NCBI GenBank assembly: GCA_963785045.1 | Contig: CAWAUC010000004.1 | Coordinates: forward strand, 52,616-116,615 | Direction: 5' to 3' | DNA length: 64,000 nt | From: an uncultured delta proteobacterium | Lineage (GTDB): Bacteria > Desulfobacterota > Desulfobacteria > Desulfobacterales > SpSt-501 | Shown: positions 1 to 10,430 of the stretch, piece after piece | Numbering within the stretch: the stretch's first letter is position 1 | How the letters are laid out: each line of letters starts with the position of its first letter | The notes under the pieces: model-generated | Told to the model about the DNA's origin: nothing | Databases searched by the model: none | The model's input: the letters and a program-made list of their open reading frames with translations, nothing else | Made by a program: the position numbers and the translations under genes

Positions 1-146
1 GTAGGTGCCGGGATAGTGCGCCCCGCCCGCCTCGCTCTGGGCACTGGCCCCGCGGGTGGCGAAGTAGCCGTTGCCCAGCGTGCACAGGGCCTCCCGCAGG
101 GGCTCCTTCTCCGCGTCGAACCCTTCGTAAACCAGCATCCAGGATT

Positions 147-1703
147 TCATGGCCGGCCTCCATGAGGCAGCCGCGATGCCAATTCCCCGAGAAACACCTC
201 GACCTCACCGGGGTTTCTCAGCCCGTAGGCCGCAGCAGTGGCCCGGGGCGCTTCGGCCACGACGATGGCGATGCCCCGGTCTTTCAGCGCCCGGAAGGCA
301 TCCTCGTCGGTCACGTCGTCTCCGATGTAGATCGGTAGCGCCGCCGATCCACCCAACTCCAGCGCGTCAAGGATCCACAGGAGCGCTTTGCCCTTGTGCC
401 AGTTCATGCGCGGACGAAGCTCGAAGATCTTCTTGCCCTTCGATTTGCGCAGCTCGGGCACATCGTGGGCCACCGTGTCCACCAGGAGTTTCACCGCGCC
501 GAAGCTGCCCCGCTTGATATTGCGGTAGTGCACGGCGACGGAAAAGCGCTTGCGCTCCACCACGGCCCCGGCAATCTTCTTCAATGCGATTTTCAGCAGC
601 CGCTCGGCCCGGTCGAGCGCAGGGAGGAAGTCTTTCCCCTGCTGCAACTCCAGCCGGCCCGTCTCGGGGCCGGCGATGTCGAACCCGTGGCTGCCGGCAT
701 AGACGATCCCTTCGATCCCGATTTTTTCGCGCACATCCTTGAGGTCCCTCCCGCTGATGACCCCCACCGTGCAGCGCTCGGCCAGGCGGCTTACGGTGCG
801 GCGCATGGAATCGGACAGCAGGGCCTTCTGGGGGTCGTCGACGATGGGCGTCAGCGTCCCGTCGTAGTCCAGGAAAACGGCCAGGCGCCGCCCGTGCGCT
901 CTCTTCAGGACCTTCTCTACTGATTGCAGCGCCGCCGGCAGCTCTCCGTGCTCCAATCCCCCGGCCTTGACATCCGACAACCGCTTGACCACCAGGTGCG
1001 CCCCCCCGTTTCTGAGCGCCTTTTCGTTGCGGCCGCGGTCCACCCCGACCACCAGACCGAACTTGCCGGCCTTGGCCGCCTGCACCCCGGCCACTGCGTC
1101 TTCGAACACCACGCAGCGATCCGGCGCTGCGCCGAGCCGATGCGCGGCCTCCAGGAAAATGTCCGGCGCCGGCTTGCCCTCGATTCCCAGCTTCTCCAGG
1201 TCCAGCCCGTCGACCTGCTCATCGAAAAGCTCCCGGATGCCCGCGGCATCCAGCACCTGGCTGCAGTTCTTGCTGGAGGAGACGACGGCGGTTTTAAACC
1301 CCAGGCGTTTCAGTTCCCGGGCCAGCTCGACGCCGCTCTCATAGACGGCGACTCCCTCCTCCCGGAGCTTGCGGTGGAAGATCTCGTTTTTGCGGTTGCC
1401 CAGCCCGCAGAGGCTTCTCATCCCGGGTGGCTCTTCCGGGTCGCCGCGCGGCAGCTCGATCCCGCGGGACGCCAGAAAGCTTCTTACACCGTCGTAGCGC
1501 GGCTTGCCGTCCACGTAGCGCGGGTAGTCCACCCCGGGGTCGAACGGCTTCCAGGCCCCCTCGCTGGCCCCGAGGTATTCGTCGAAGAGCTCCTTCCAGG
1601 CATCCGTGTGCACGCTGGCGGTGCGCGTCAGAATCCCGTCCAGGTCGAAAATCACGGCGTCATAACGCTTCTTCGGGATCTCGACCGGGGCATGTCTGCT
1701 CAT
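147..1703 (-). CDS. Bifunctional HAD-family phosphatase: N-terminal beta-phosphoglucomutase-like HAD domain fused to a trehalose-6-phosphate phosphatase (OtsB-like) domain
   Basis: 518-aa ORF. Two HAD motif-I signatures: VIFDLDGILT near the N-terminus, and AVFLDYDGTLTPIVDDP, which is typical of T6P phosphatases. An upstream partial minus-strand gene runs off the window start. Confidence 0.7.
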   Translation of the reverse strand: MSRHAPVEIPKKRYDAVIFDLDGILTRTASVHTDAWKELFDEYLGASEGAWKPFDPGVDYPRYVDGKPRYDGVRSFLASRGIELPRGDPEEPPGMRSLCGLGNRKNEIFHRKLREEGVAVYESGVELARELKRLGFKTAVVSSSKNCSQVLDAAGIRELFDEQVDGLDLEKLGIEGKPAPDIFLEAAHRLGAAPDRCVVFEDAVAGVQAAKAGKFGLVVGVDRGRNEKALRNGGAHLVVKRLSDVKAGGLEHGELPAALQSVEKVLKRAHGRRLAVFLDYDGTLTPIVDDPQKALLSDSMRRTVSRLAERCTVGVISGRDLKDVREKIGIEGIVYAGSHGFDIAGPETGRLELQQGKDFLPALDRAERLLKIALKKIAGAVVERKRFSVAVHYRNIKRGSFGAVKLLVDTVAHDVPELRKSKGKKIFELRPRMNWHKGKALLWILDALELGGSAALPIYIGDDVTDEDAFRALKDRGIAIVVAEAPRATAAAYGLRNPGEVEVFLGELASRLPHGGRP

Positions 1704-1978
1704 TCCGCTCCTCCTCTGATGTGCCTATTTTCTCGGCCGTTTCACGGTCAAGACCGGGCAATCGGCCAAGCGTACCATCTTCTCCGCCACCGAGCCGAAG
1801 AAAATCCGGCATGTCTTTCAGGGTGATCATCCCCAGCAGCTTGAACAGTTTGATTTTGCGCGTGAACATTTCCCCGACCCTAAATATGCTGCATCGCCCG
1901 GCGCGATTCGTCAACCGCGCCCTCATTGGTTTCTGAAAATATAGCCCGCTCGCTTCGGGACTGAATGGGGCCGATCGC

Positions 1979-2700
1979 TTATTTTCCAGTTCCGCCGCCC
2001 TTATTCGGGTCCAGCCGAAGATCGGCCCAAAGCGGCAAATGGTCCGAAACAGTTCGATACGGTTCGTGTGCCGGCACCTGCGCTGCGAGAACCTCAAACG
2101 CCGGAGATACGAACATGTGGTCCAGCCGCAGGCGCGGCCACCGGGAGGAAAACGTGGGGTGCGCCCGGTCCAGCCGGTTGCGGCGGGCGGTCTGAACGTC
2201 CCTGAGCAGCGTCGCCATCAGCCGGTAGACGGGCAGGCCGGGAACCGAGTTGAAATCGCCGCAGAAGACGATCGGCTCGCCGTGCGCCACCGAGCCGAGC
2301 CAGCCCGATCTCATCAGGCGCCGGACCTGCAGGAGGCGCTCCACCCCTAACAGGCTGAGGTGCGTGTTGAAGAGGGGATTCCGTCGTCGACTTCCTGCAG
2401 GGCCACCAGGTCCGGATCGAGAAGACGGATCGCCTCGGCAGTGGCCTCGGGCGCGAGGCGGCCGAAAGTGTCCACGCAGCTGTGGATGTTGTAGGTCATG
2501 ACCCTGAGGCGGGTTTCCCCCGGATGTTTTTCGGTAATGATTCGCATAATATTTTCCGGTCTATCGTAATTCACTGCCAACGCGCCGGTCAATAGAGCCG
2601 AGTATGAATTCGGCCCGGTCGGATCCGCGAATCTCAGCAACCGGTCCATGGGATTGGACACGGAGTGCTCTCTTGCCGTCGAGGCGGAAGGCAACGGCAA
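1979..2700 (-). CDS. Endonuclease/exonuclease/phosphatase (EEP) family protein, split by a frameshift into ORFs 2347..2700 and 1979..2344
   Basis: N-terminal piece has MTYNIHSC...DLVALQEVDD. C-terminal piece has CGDFNS...SDHLPLWADL. The two collinear ORFs are 2 nt apart in different frames. Confidence 0.6.
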
Positions 2701-3091
2701 TCAGCGGAAGGCGGTGTCGGGGTTGCGCAACCGGCTGCTTGCCGAGCACCTCGGGTGCGCGCCGGAGGAGGTCGACCGTGCGGCGGCGGACAAAGGGTCG
2801 ATCCATGCAGCCATCGGGCGCCTGGGAACATCCGCGAGGCGCCTCGAGAGGCTCGACTACAGAAAGGCCGTCACTTTGGACGGGCTCAAGCTGGTCCGGG
2901 ACAGCGATTTGCTGGACCCTGAAAAACCGATGGAATTCGACCGGGTCATGGATGAGTTCGCCCGCGACTCCGACCCGTCCGCAGGCCGGCTCAGCTCCGT
3001 CAAGGTCGCGTTGTTCATCGTCGTCCTGATGGTACTGGGCCTCGGGTTCTGGTGGCTGCACCGCAGGTTTTTCGGGCGCAACGACTCCTGA
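2570..3091 (+). pseudogene. C-terminal fragment of a phospholipase D/HKD-family protein (cardiolipin synthase-like), N-terminus missing
   Basis: The stop-to-stop frame begins ...EYEFGPVGSANLSNRSMGLDTE, which is the GSxN...RS...E tail of an HKD motif. It continues RNRLLAEHLG and ends in a TM helix. There is no HxK...D upstream, because the frame closes at 2567. It is convergent with, and overlaps, the EEP gene. Confidence 0.4.
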
Positions 3092-3507
3092 AAGCACCCT
3101 CTGCTCCGGATCGGGAAGCCACGCGGAAGCGGGGGCACGCGCACGGGGAGCATCCGTGCGGCTCACGGTCCGGGTCTTGGGGGTGGCTCCTCCCTCCTGA
3201 CGGAGAATGCCGAAAGGGCCGGCTCTGCGACAAAGAATGCCGCCCCTCCCGCCCCTTCTCGACCACCATCCCGTCGATCCGGGACCCTGATCCCCTGCCC
3301 CTGCTGGAGAAACACCGGGTGCTCCTACTGCATCCAGGAGGGTGAAATACACAATGGAACGTATTCCTTGCGGTGCCCTCGGGCGAGTATTTAGGGGAAG
3401 CAGGCAGGCCCAGTTGACGGGGGCTGTGATAGGCGCGCGCCGGCGGTTCGGTTAAGAAGACTCCGGGGCGCTCAATAAAAAGAGACTTTCAAAAAGGAGG
3501 CAGCATT

Positions 3508-3903
3508 ATGTCGAAGATCGGTGAACTCTACCAGACAGCAGATTGGAAGTCCGAGAAGCACGTGCCCGTGATCGAGTGCCCGGAGCAGGTCACCAAGGAC
3601 GCCATGTTCGACGTCAAGGTGACGCTCGGAAAAGAAGTCGCCCACCCCAACACCACCGCCCATCACATCCGCTGGATCCAGCTGTACTTCAAGCCTGAGG
3701 GCGGCAAGTTCGCCTACCAGGTGGGTAATTTCGAGTTCTCGGCCCACGGGGAGTCGACGGAGGGCGCCGACAAGGGGCCCGTCTACACCCATCACGCGGC
3801 GACGACGGGTCTGAAGGTCACGACATCGGGGGTGCTGATCGCCACCGCGTTCTGCAACATCCACGGCCTTTGGGAAAACAGCAAGCAGATTACGGCCAAA
3901 TGA
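3508..3903 (+). CDS. sor: Superoxide reductase (neelaredoxin / desulfoferrodoxin-type, 1Fe-SOR)
   Basis: 131 aa with EKHVPVIE, HHIRWIQLY and CNIHGLWE iron-ligand motifs. Strong RBS AAAGGAGG sits 7 nt upstream. Confidence 0.85.
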   Translation: MSKIGELYQTADWKSEKHVPVIECPEQVTKDAMFDVKVTLGKEVAHPNTTAHHIRWIQLYFKPEGGKFAYQVGNFEFSAHGESTEGADKGPVYTHHAATTGLKVTTSGVLIATAFCNIHGLWENSKQITAK

Positions 3904-3994
3904 TTCGGTGGAGTCCCGGTTGGAAGGGGACATCGATCTCCGGGGTTTCCTGGGCCTGTCGCAGGACGCCCCGCGGGGATAGGCTGAGATCCGC

Positions 3995-4126
3995 ATGTTC
4001 TTCAAGATCGACGCCGATGCGCCCGAGGAGATGCTAAAGGAAATCGCCCAGCTGGGACCGACCTACTCGCCGGTGTATGACACCATCACCCGGGCGGCCC
4101 CCGTCAAGGTGACGCTCGAAAAATGA
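3995..4126 (+). pseudogene. 43-aa remnant resembling the C-terminus of OsmC/Ohr-family peroxiredoxins
   Basis: MFFKIDADAPEEMLKEIAQLGPTYSPVYDTITRAAPVKVTLEK follows the OsmC C-terminal pattern (x)CPVSxTL...V.V.LE, but has Ser in place of the resolving Cys. Stops lie upstream in all frames, so no N-terminal part exists. Confidence 0.25.
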
Positions 4127-4194
4127 CGGTCGTGAAGGCGGCCGGTCGGGTCCGGCCTCCTTCACGGCGTACCCATCGGGAAGGAGCCCATACG

Positions 4195-4401
4195 ATGGCC
4201 ACGAAGCAGAATAATCCCACATTGAAAAAGACCGGGGACAACGAGGAGATTTTCGTTTTGAGAGCCCAGGATCAATCCGCGCCGCGCAGTGTCATTCTCT
4301 GGATTGCGGACAACCTGCACGCCCCGGACGAAAAGCTGAGGGATGCTTTCGAATGCGCCCTGCGGATGCGCAGGCATTCAAAAACGAAACCTGCGGATTG
4401 A
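4195..4401 (+). CDS. Hypothetical small protein (68 aa)
   Basis: ORF MATKQNNPTLKKTGDNEEIFVLRAQDQ... lies downstream of sor. No recognisable domain. Confidence 0.3.
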   Translation: MATKQNNPTLKKTGDNEEIFVLRAQDQSAPRSVILWIADNLHAPDEKLRDAFECALRMRRHSKTKPAD

Positions 4402-4483
4402 ACGCGGGCCGGCAGCTCCCGCCGTCGCAACAAGGCCACGCTGTCGAATCGGCTGGGGTCTCCGCTTGAATCACGTGCCTGTC

Positions 4484-6217
4484 TCAGTTTCCGCATGCGC
4501 AGCCGCGGATGGCGGCAAGCAGCTCCGGCACAGCGCAGCCCTTGGTTTTGTAGTCGCAGGCCCCGGCATCGCGCATGGCCTGCGCACGATCCTGATCTTC
4601 GTACATCGAAAGACCGATGATGCGAATTCCCGGGTGCTCCCGGTGAATGATCCGTGTCGCCGCAATTCCGTCGACCCTGGGCATACCGATGTCCATCAGG
4701 ATGACATCCGGCTTGAGATTTTCGGCCAGATCGATCGCCTCCTGGCCGTCGGCGGCGTGGCCGACGACGCGAAGATCCGTCTTTTTTCTCAACATCCGGT
4801 CCATGCCGTCACGAAAAAGGGTGTGGTCGTCGGCGATCAGCACCCGAATGAGGTCATCCGACGTCGCACCCATCTCAGCCCGGCAACTGGCGCCGGTTTC
4901 AGCCGGATGGGCAGCGGCCGGCGTCACGCTAGACGCTTGAGGGGTAGGAACAGTCAACGTAAAACGGCTGCCCTTGGACGGGGAGCTTTCGATTTCAAGC
5001 ACTCCCCCGATCAACCCGATCCGCTCGCGGATGCTGAACAACCCGAATCCCCCGTCTTCATCGGGCGATTTCAGCCGGGCGGGGTCGAAGCCGACCCCCT
5101 CGTCACTGACGACAACCCGCAGGCGTTCCTCGCCTGCCCGGACCAGGTGAACCCGTGCCCCGGTCACGTTGGCATGCTTGACGGCGTTCAGCAACAGCTC
5201 GCGCACCGATTCGAACAGCAGCACTTTCACGTCTTCGTCCAGCTCAGGTCGTGCTTCGATCGAAAGATCGACATCGAAACGGTGCTGGCTCCTCATCCAG
5301 CGTGCCAGCCACTCCAGGCCGTCCGCAATCCCCCCTTCGTGCAGAATAGGCGGGCTGAGCTCGGAGCTCAGCATCCGGGATATCCTAACGGATTCATCCA
5401 GTATGCGTTCGATCTCTTCCGCCGCCTGCTTGAGGTTCTCCGGCCCGGCCGGATCGGCGAAACCTCCAAGCCGCATCTTGGCAGAAAGCAGGTGCTGTTG
5501 AAGACCGTCGTGAAGCGTTTTAGACAGGCGCTTGCGCTCTCGCTGCTCGGTCAGGGCCAGTTCGCCTGCCAGAAGCCGCAGTTGTTTGGCCCGGTGGTCC
5601 AGGGCTTCGTTTGCTTTGAGCAGTGCGGCCTGGTTCTCGCGCAAGGCCTCTTCCGCCTGTTTGCGCTCGGTAATGTCGCTTATGACAACCCGCGCCACGC
5701 GCTCATCACCGGTGGTATCCGGAGAAACGGTTGCTTCCAGCCGAGCCCAGAACGGCAATGCCCCCTTGCGACGCATGCGCAGCTCGCATGCCTGGGGGCT
5801 CCCCGTTCTCATCAGCTCCCTGCGGCAGTGGTAATAAACGTTGCCGTCTTCGGGCGCGACGAAGCTGGACAAAAGCTGGCGGACGAGTACGGCCCGGTCT
5901 GTCCCGAAAAGACCGGCGGCCGTGAGATTGGCTTCAAGAATCGTTCCCTTCGGGCTTAAGGTGACGTAGCCGACCGGGGCCAGGTCGTAGAGGTCGAAAT
6001 ACCGCGCCCGCGACTCTTCCAATGCCAGCTGGGCCCGGCGCAGCTCTTCGTTTTGCATCTCCAGCTCGATCTGGTGCACCTGCAGTTCGTGCAGCATACC
6101 CGCACCTCCCCGAGGATGAGCTCTTCCGGGGCCGGCGGATCCTCCGCGCTGCAGCTTTTGCTCCGCCCGCCTGCGCAGGTTCCTCGCCCTATTGGGGATG
6201 TTCTCTTTATCTGCCAT
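4484..6217 (-). CDS. PAS-domain hybrid sensor histidine kinase (HisKA_3 dimerisation/phosphoacceptor, HATPase_c, C-terminal receiver domain)
   Basis: 577 aa. PAS region (APVGYVTLSPKGTILEAN). H-box ERKRLSKTLHDGLQQHL. ATPase region VSDEGVGFDP...GFGLFSIRERIGLIGG. REC region IRVLIADDH...ILMDIGMP. Confidence 0.85.
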   Translation of the reverse strand: MADKENIPNRARNLRRRAEQKLQRGGSAGPGRAHPRGGAGMLHELQVHQIELEMQNEELRRAQLALEESRARYFDLYDLAPVGYVTLSPKGTILEANLTAAGLFGTDRAVLVRQLLSSFVAPEDGNVYYHCRRELMRTGSPQACELRMRRKGALPFWARLEATVSPDTTGDERVARVVISDITERKQAEEALRENQAALLKANEALDHRAKQLRLLAGELALTEQRERKRLSKTLHDGLQQHLLSAKMRLGGFADPAGPENLKQAAEEIERILDESVRISRMLSSELSPPILHEGGIADGLEWLARWMRSQHRFDVDLSIEARPELDEDVKVLLFESVRELLLNAVKHANVTGARVHLVRAGEERLRVVVSDEGVGFDPARLKSPDEDGGFGLFSIRERIGLIGGVLEIESSPSKGSRFTLTVPTPQASSVTPAAAHPAETGASCRAEMGATSDDLIRVLIADDHTLFRDGMDRMLRKKTDLRVVGHAADGQEAIDLAENLKPDVILMDIGMPRVDGIAATRIIHREHPGIRIIGLSMYEDQDRAQAMRDAGACDYKTKGCAVPELLAAIRGCACGN

Positions 6218-6751
6218 GGCCCTTATCTGCTATAAACCGGAGAGTACTCCTGATTGCGGGAATCCCTGTACCATCCACCGCCCAGGCAAAAAATAAGGTC
6301 GATGCTGTATTTGCGCGCACACCATTCATCGAACAGCAGGGCATTTTCTCCCTCATTGGTGAAATCGCGCTTTCGACGGCGGCGGGCGGCTGATCCCTCC
6401 GAACATCAGCGCCATATCGCTTTTGCGGCAGACATACCCCATGCCCGCTTCCGCCGTCCTGACAGCCTCGAGAAGTTCTTTCCGCAGGATCCCATTCCGA
6501 GGTCCGGGTGATATGTCAATGATTTAGCATAGGCCGTTCATTAATAAATGCGGCGAATACGGTAATTGGTGCGAAAATGCAATTTATTTAATACCCGAGG
6601 AGAGCGTCGCGAATTTTGGTTTTTGATGATTCATGGAGGTTTGAACCTCCAAGACCCAAGACCGGTATCGCATTCGATTACCTATTGCAGTGCCCCGCAA
6701 CTATGGGATAAGATCCAACACCTTCGTGAGCTTTAACTTCCTTTAGGTAAG

Positions 6752-6770
6752 CCACCGGCTTTGCCGGTGG
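6752..6770. repeat. IS200/IS605 left subterminal hairpin CCACCGGC-TTT-GCCGGTGG
   Basis: Perfect 8-bp stem, read directly from the sequence. Confidence 0.7.
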
Positions 6771-6852
6771 ACTCCCGGAGTTTGACAGATCCGGGAAAAA
6801 AATGAAGCCTCCTCACGTGAACCGCTCAAATTCACGTACACGAGGAGGCTCC

Positions 6853-7289
6853 ATGGGAAACGTAGAAAGTTTAAGCCACACCCGATGGGATTGCAAGTAT
6901 CATCTGGTCTGGGTTCCGAAATGTCGGCGAAAGGTTTTGTACGGGCAATTGCGCAAGCATCTGGGGCAGGTGCTCCACGATCTGGCTGGGCAGAAAGAGA
7001 GCAAGATCCTGGAGGGGCATCTGCAGGCTGATCATGTGCATCTGCTGGTGTCGATACCACCGAAATACTCCGTTGCTCAGGTGGTTGGATTCATCAAGGG
7101 CAAGAGCGCCATTCACATTGCCCGCAACTACTTGGGTCGGCGTAAGAACTACACCGGGATGCACTTCTGGGCCCGGGGCTATTTCGTTTCAACCGTAGGT
7201 GCCGATGAGGCGACGATCGCGAGTACATCCAAAAGCAGGAGAAAGAAGACGCTCGCCTCGATCAACTGGGACTGTTCGCTGAAGCTTGA
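6853..7289 (+). CDS. tnpA: IS200/IS605 family transposase TnpA (Y1/HUH), with a probable 1-nt frameshift near the C-terminus
   Basis: HTRWDCKYHLVWVPKCRRKVL, HVHLLVSIPPKYSV and FWARGYFVSTVG motifs. After ...DEATIA the canonical tail EYIQKQEKEDARLDQLGLFAEA* is in the +1 frame and ends at 7289. Confidence 0.75.
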
Positions 7290-7351
7290 CCACCGTCAGG
7301 TGGTCAGAGAATCTTTTCCGAATACCGCTTTGAGCGGTTCACAAATCCAAG

Positions 7352-7370
7352 CCACCGGCTTTGCCGGTGG
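7352..7370. repeat. IS200/IS605 right subterminal hairpin CCACCGGC-TTT-GCCGGTGG
   Basis: Identical copy of the left hairpin. Confidence 0.7.
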
Positions 7371-7477
7371 TCACTGACTTTGTGGGATTGAGGCTCCCGC
7401 CGCAAGCGGCGGGGAAGGCGAACCGCTATTTCCGGTTCGACCAATAAGGTTTTGACGAAAATTTCAAACGCTCGACT

Positions 7478-10386
7478 ATGCCCACGGATCCATCCAACCA
7501 TCCTTTCGAGGCGATTAATTCCCTGCAGCAACTGCGACAGGAACTGTCCGAGGTTCGCTCGCAATTGGCGGCCAAAGAAGAGCAGTGCCAGGAGCTGTCG
7601 CAGGAGCTCGAGCAACTGAAGCCCCCGGAAACTGCCGGAAAACGAACAACCGACGCGCCCTGTAAGTCTCAAGCAAAGCGATACGCCGCTCGCAGGGCTT
7701 TTAGCCGAGCACAGGACCCTCATGGACGCGATGACCGACGGTCTGATGCTCGCCGATCCGACCGGGCGTGTTACCTATCACAACCCGGCCTCGCTGGCCC
7801 TTCACGGCTACTGGAGCCTGGAAGAGGCATTGCTGCCGATAGACCAATTGGCGGTTCCAGCTGGAATTTATTGACCTGACGGGCATGCCGGTGCCGGTCG
7901 AAGAATGGCCGATGCCCCGCGCTTTGCGCGGAGACACCTTCAACGGCTATGAGCTTCGTATCCGTCGACGAGACAACCAAAAGGAGGTTGTCGGTAGTTA
8001 CACGGGAACTCTGGTACGCGATCCCGAGGGGCAGCCCCTCTTCGTCATGCTCACCGTGCGCGACGTCACCGGGCACCGGCAGGCTGAAATGGCGCTGAAA
8101 GAAAGCGAAGAGATATTTCGCAGTGCTTTTGCCAACGCGGCAATTGGTTTTGCGATGGAGACACCCGAGGGCCGCTTCCTGGATGCGAACCCCGCCTATT
8201 GCATGATAACGGGCTACAGCATCGATGAACTCCGGAACGTGGCGTTTCCGCAGCTGATTCATGCCGATGATCTGGCAGAGAACATGCAGCAGATCGACCG
8301 GATGCTTGCCGGAGAGATCATAAATTTCGTAGTCGAAAACCGCTATTGCCGCAAAAATAATGGCGTCGTTTGGGTGCGCAAAAGTGTCTCTTTGGTACGC
8401 AGCAAAGAGGGCAAGCCGCTGTGGATCATCGCGCTGGTGGAAGATATTTCCGGCAGCAAGCACACCGAGGAGGCGCTGCGTCAAAGCTGGAATGACATGG
8501 ACCGGGCCCAAGAGGTTGGAGGCATCGGCAGTTGGCGGCTTGACGTGCGCCGCAATGTCCTGACGTGGTCAGACGAAAACCATCGCATTTTCGGCGTGCC
8601 TAAGGGTACGGCGCTGAGCTACGAAACGTTCCTGGGGGTCGTTCATCCAGAAGACCGCGAGTACGTAGACGAGAATTGGAAGGCGGCTCTGACCGGGGAG
8701 CCCTACGATATCGAGCACCGCCTGGTGGTGGACGGTGAGGTGAAATGGGTGCGGGAGAAGGCCTTTCTTGAATTCGACGATGCGGGAAAGTTGATGGGGG
8801 GCTTCGGGATCACCCAGGACATCACCGAGCGCAGGAAGGGCGAGGAGAGCCTGCGATCAAGTGAGGAACGCTACCGGGGTCTTTTCGAAGCCATGAGCGA
8901 GGGATTTGCCCTGCACGAAATTATTTGCGATGCCGATGGGAATCCCTCCGACTATCGCTTCCTGGAGGTAAACTCGGCCTTTGAGCGTCTCACCGGGCTT
9001 ACGCGCTTTGCCTTGATCGGCAAGCGAGTAAAAGAGGTCCTGCCGGACACCGAGGCGCACTGGATCGCCAGCTTCGGCCGGGTGGCCCTTACCGGTGAGC
9101 CGCTGAACATGGAGGAATTCTCCGGTGAACTGAACCGCTGGTACAACGTCTTCGCCTACCGGCCCGCACCAGGTCAGTTTGCCGTAGTCTTTAACGACGT
9201 GACCGAACGCAAACAGTCCGAAGAAGCGCTGAAGCTGTTAAACGAAACCCTGGAGCAGCGGGTCGCCGAGCGCACGGCGCTGGGCGAGGCCCGGAGCCGC
9301 CAGCTTCAGGCGTTGGCGGTACAGTTGATCGAGGCTGAAGAGCGCGAGCGGCGGAGGCTCGCCCAGCTGCTGCACGACGATCTCCAGCAGATCCTGGCCG
9401 CCACCCGGATGCAGCTTGAAGCCGCCTGTGAGGAACTCCCGCATGAGCCCATGCTGGAGAACGTCGGGCGGCTGCTGGAAGAATCCATCGAGACATCACG
9501 CCGCCTTTCGCACGAGTTGAGCCCTGCAGTCCTGCACCACTCCGGCCTGATCCCCGCTCTCACGTGGCTGGGCGGGCAGTTCAAAGACAAGTTCGGACTG
9601 CAGGTCCAGTTGGAGTCGGACACGGCGGAGCGGTTTGAAGATTCGCCCTTGAAACCGTTCCTGTTTCGGGCGGTCCAGGAGCTGTTGTTCAACGTCATCA
9701 AACATGCCGGTGTTAAATGTGCCCACGTCAACCTTTCTGCTTCAGACAGCAGACTTTGCATTGCCGTCAGCGATGAGGGGCTGGGGTTCGATCCCGAAGT
9801 CTTGGACTTCCACGATGAAACGACCGGCTTTGGGCTTATGAGCATTCGCGAGCGTGCCCGCTACGCCGGGGGAGACCTCGTGATCGAAAGTAGTCCGAAA
9901 AAGGGCAGCCGCTTCACGCTGACGGTTCCGGTCCGCTTGGCCGGACCCGATGACCCGCAGCGCAGGGCGACCGACCGGCTGGCCCCATATCGGCCTGAAG
10001 GGGATGCGGCGGGAATTCGGGTGCTTTTCGTAGACGATCACCACGTGATGCGCCAGGGCCTGATCAACTTGATGAAGGCCCTGCCCGGCATCCAGGTGGC
10101 AGGCGAGGCGGCCAATGGGCGGGAAGCCATCGAACGGGTCCGGCAACTGAAACCCGATTTGGTGTTGATGGACATCTCCATGCCGGAGATGGATGGAATC
10201 GAGGCGACCCGACGCATCAAGGCCGAGCTGCCAACCGTGCGGATAGTAGGGCTTTCGGTGCACGAAGAGGACCCTCTAGCTGAAGCAATGCGCGCGGCCG
10301 GGGCGGAAGCACTGGTGAGCAAAACCGCCCCCTCTTCCCTGCTGCTGCGGACGATCTTCGGCGCCTCTGCCGGCGAGAAGGGGTAG
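7478..10386 (+). CDS. Multi-PAS hybrid sensor histidine kinase (HisKA_3, HATPase_c, C-terminal receiver), read across two frameshifts at about 7625 and 7850
   Basis: Coiled-coil N-terminus in frame 2. First PAS segment LLAEHRTLMDAMTDGLMLADPTGRVTYHNPASLALHGY in frame 0. Remainder in frame 1, from 7885: PAS repeats, H-box ERERRRLAQLLHDDLQQIL, GLGFDP...GFGLMSIRERARYAGG, REC IRVLFVDDHHVMRQG...LMDISMPEMDG. The first shift sits in a CCCCC run. Confidence 0.75.
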
Positions 10387-10430
10387 GCTTGGCCTTGTGT
10401 TAACGCTGCTATCGAGCCCCCTTGTCCGCG

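Larger units (their letters stand above)
6745..7375 (+). mobile_element. IS200/IS605-family insertion sequence (tnpA only), bounded by identical subterminal hairpins
   Basis: A Y1 HUH transposase ORF flanked by two copies of AAGCCACCGGCTTTGCCGGTGG (8-bp stem, TTT loop) at 6752..6770 and 7352..7370. Internal inverted segments TGAACCGCTCAAA / TTTGAGCGGTTCA lie near each end. Confidence 0.7.

Noticed and set aside
2561-3352. 263-aa minus-strand ORF
   Set aside because: Antisense to the PLD-like fragment and compositionally junk. No motifs.
3353-3507. Sigma-70 promoter or PerR/Fur box upstream of sor
   Set aside because: TTGACG at 3414 lacks a convincing -10 at 17-bp spacing, and no clear inverted-repeat box was seen. 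Not callable from sequence alone.
4343-5959. 538-aa plus-strand ORF
   Set aside because: It lies entirely antisense to the well-supported hybrid kinase gene. It is low-complexity and Arg/Gly/Pro-rich, typical of a high-GC shadow ORF.
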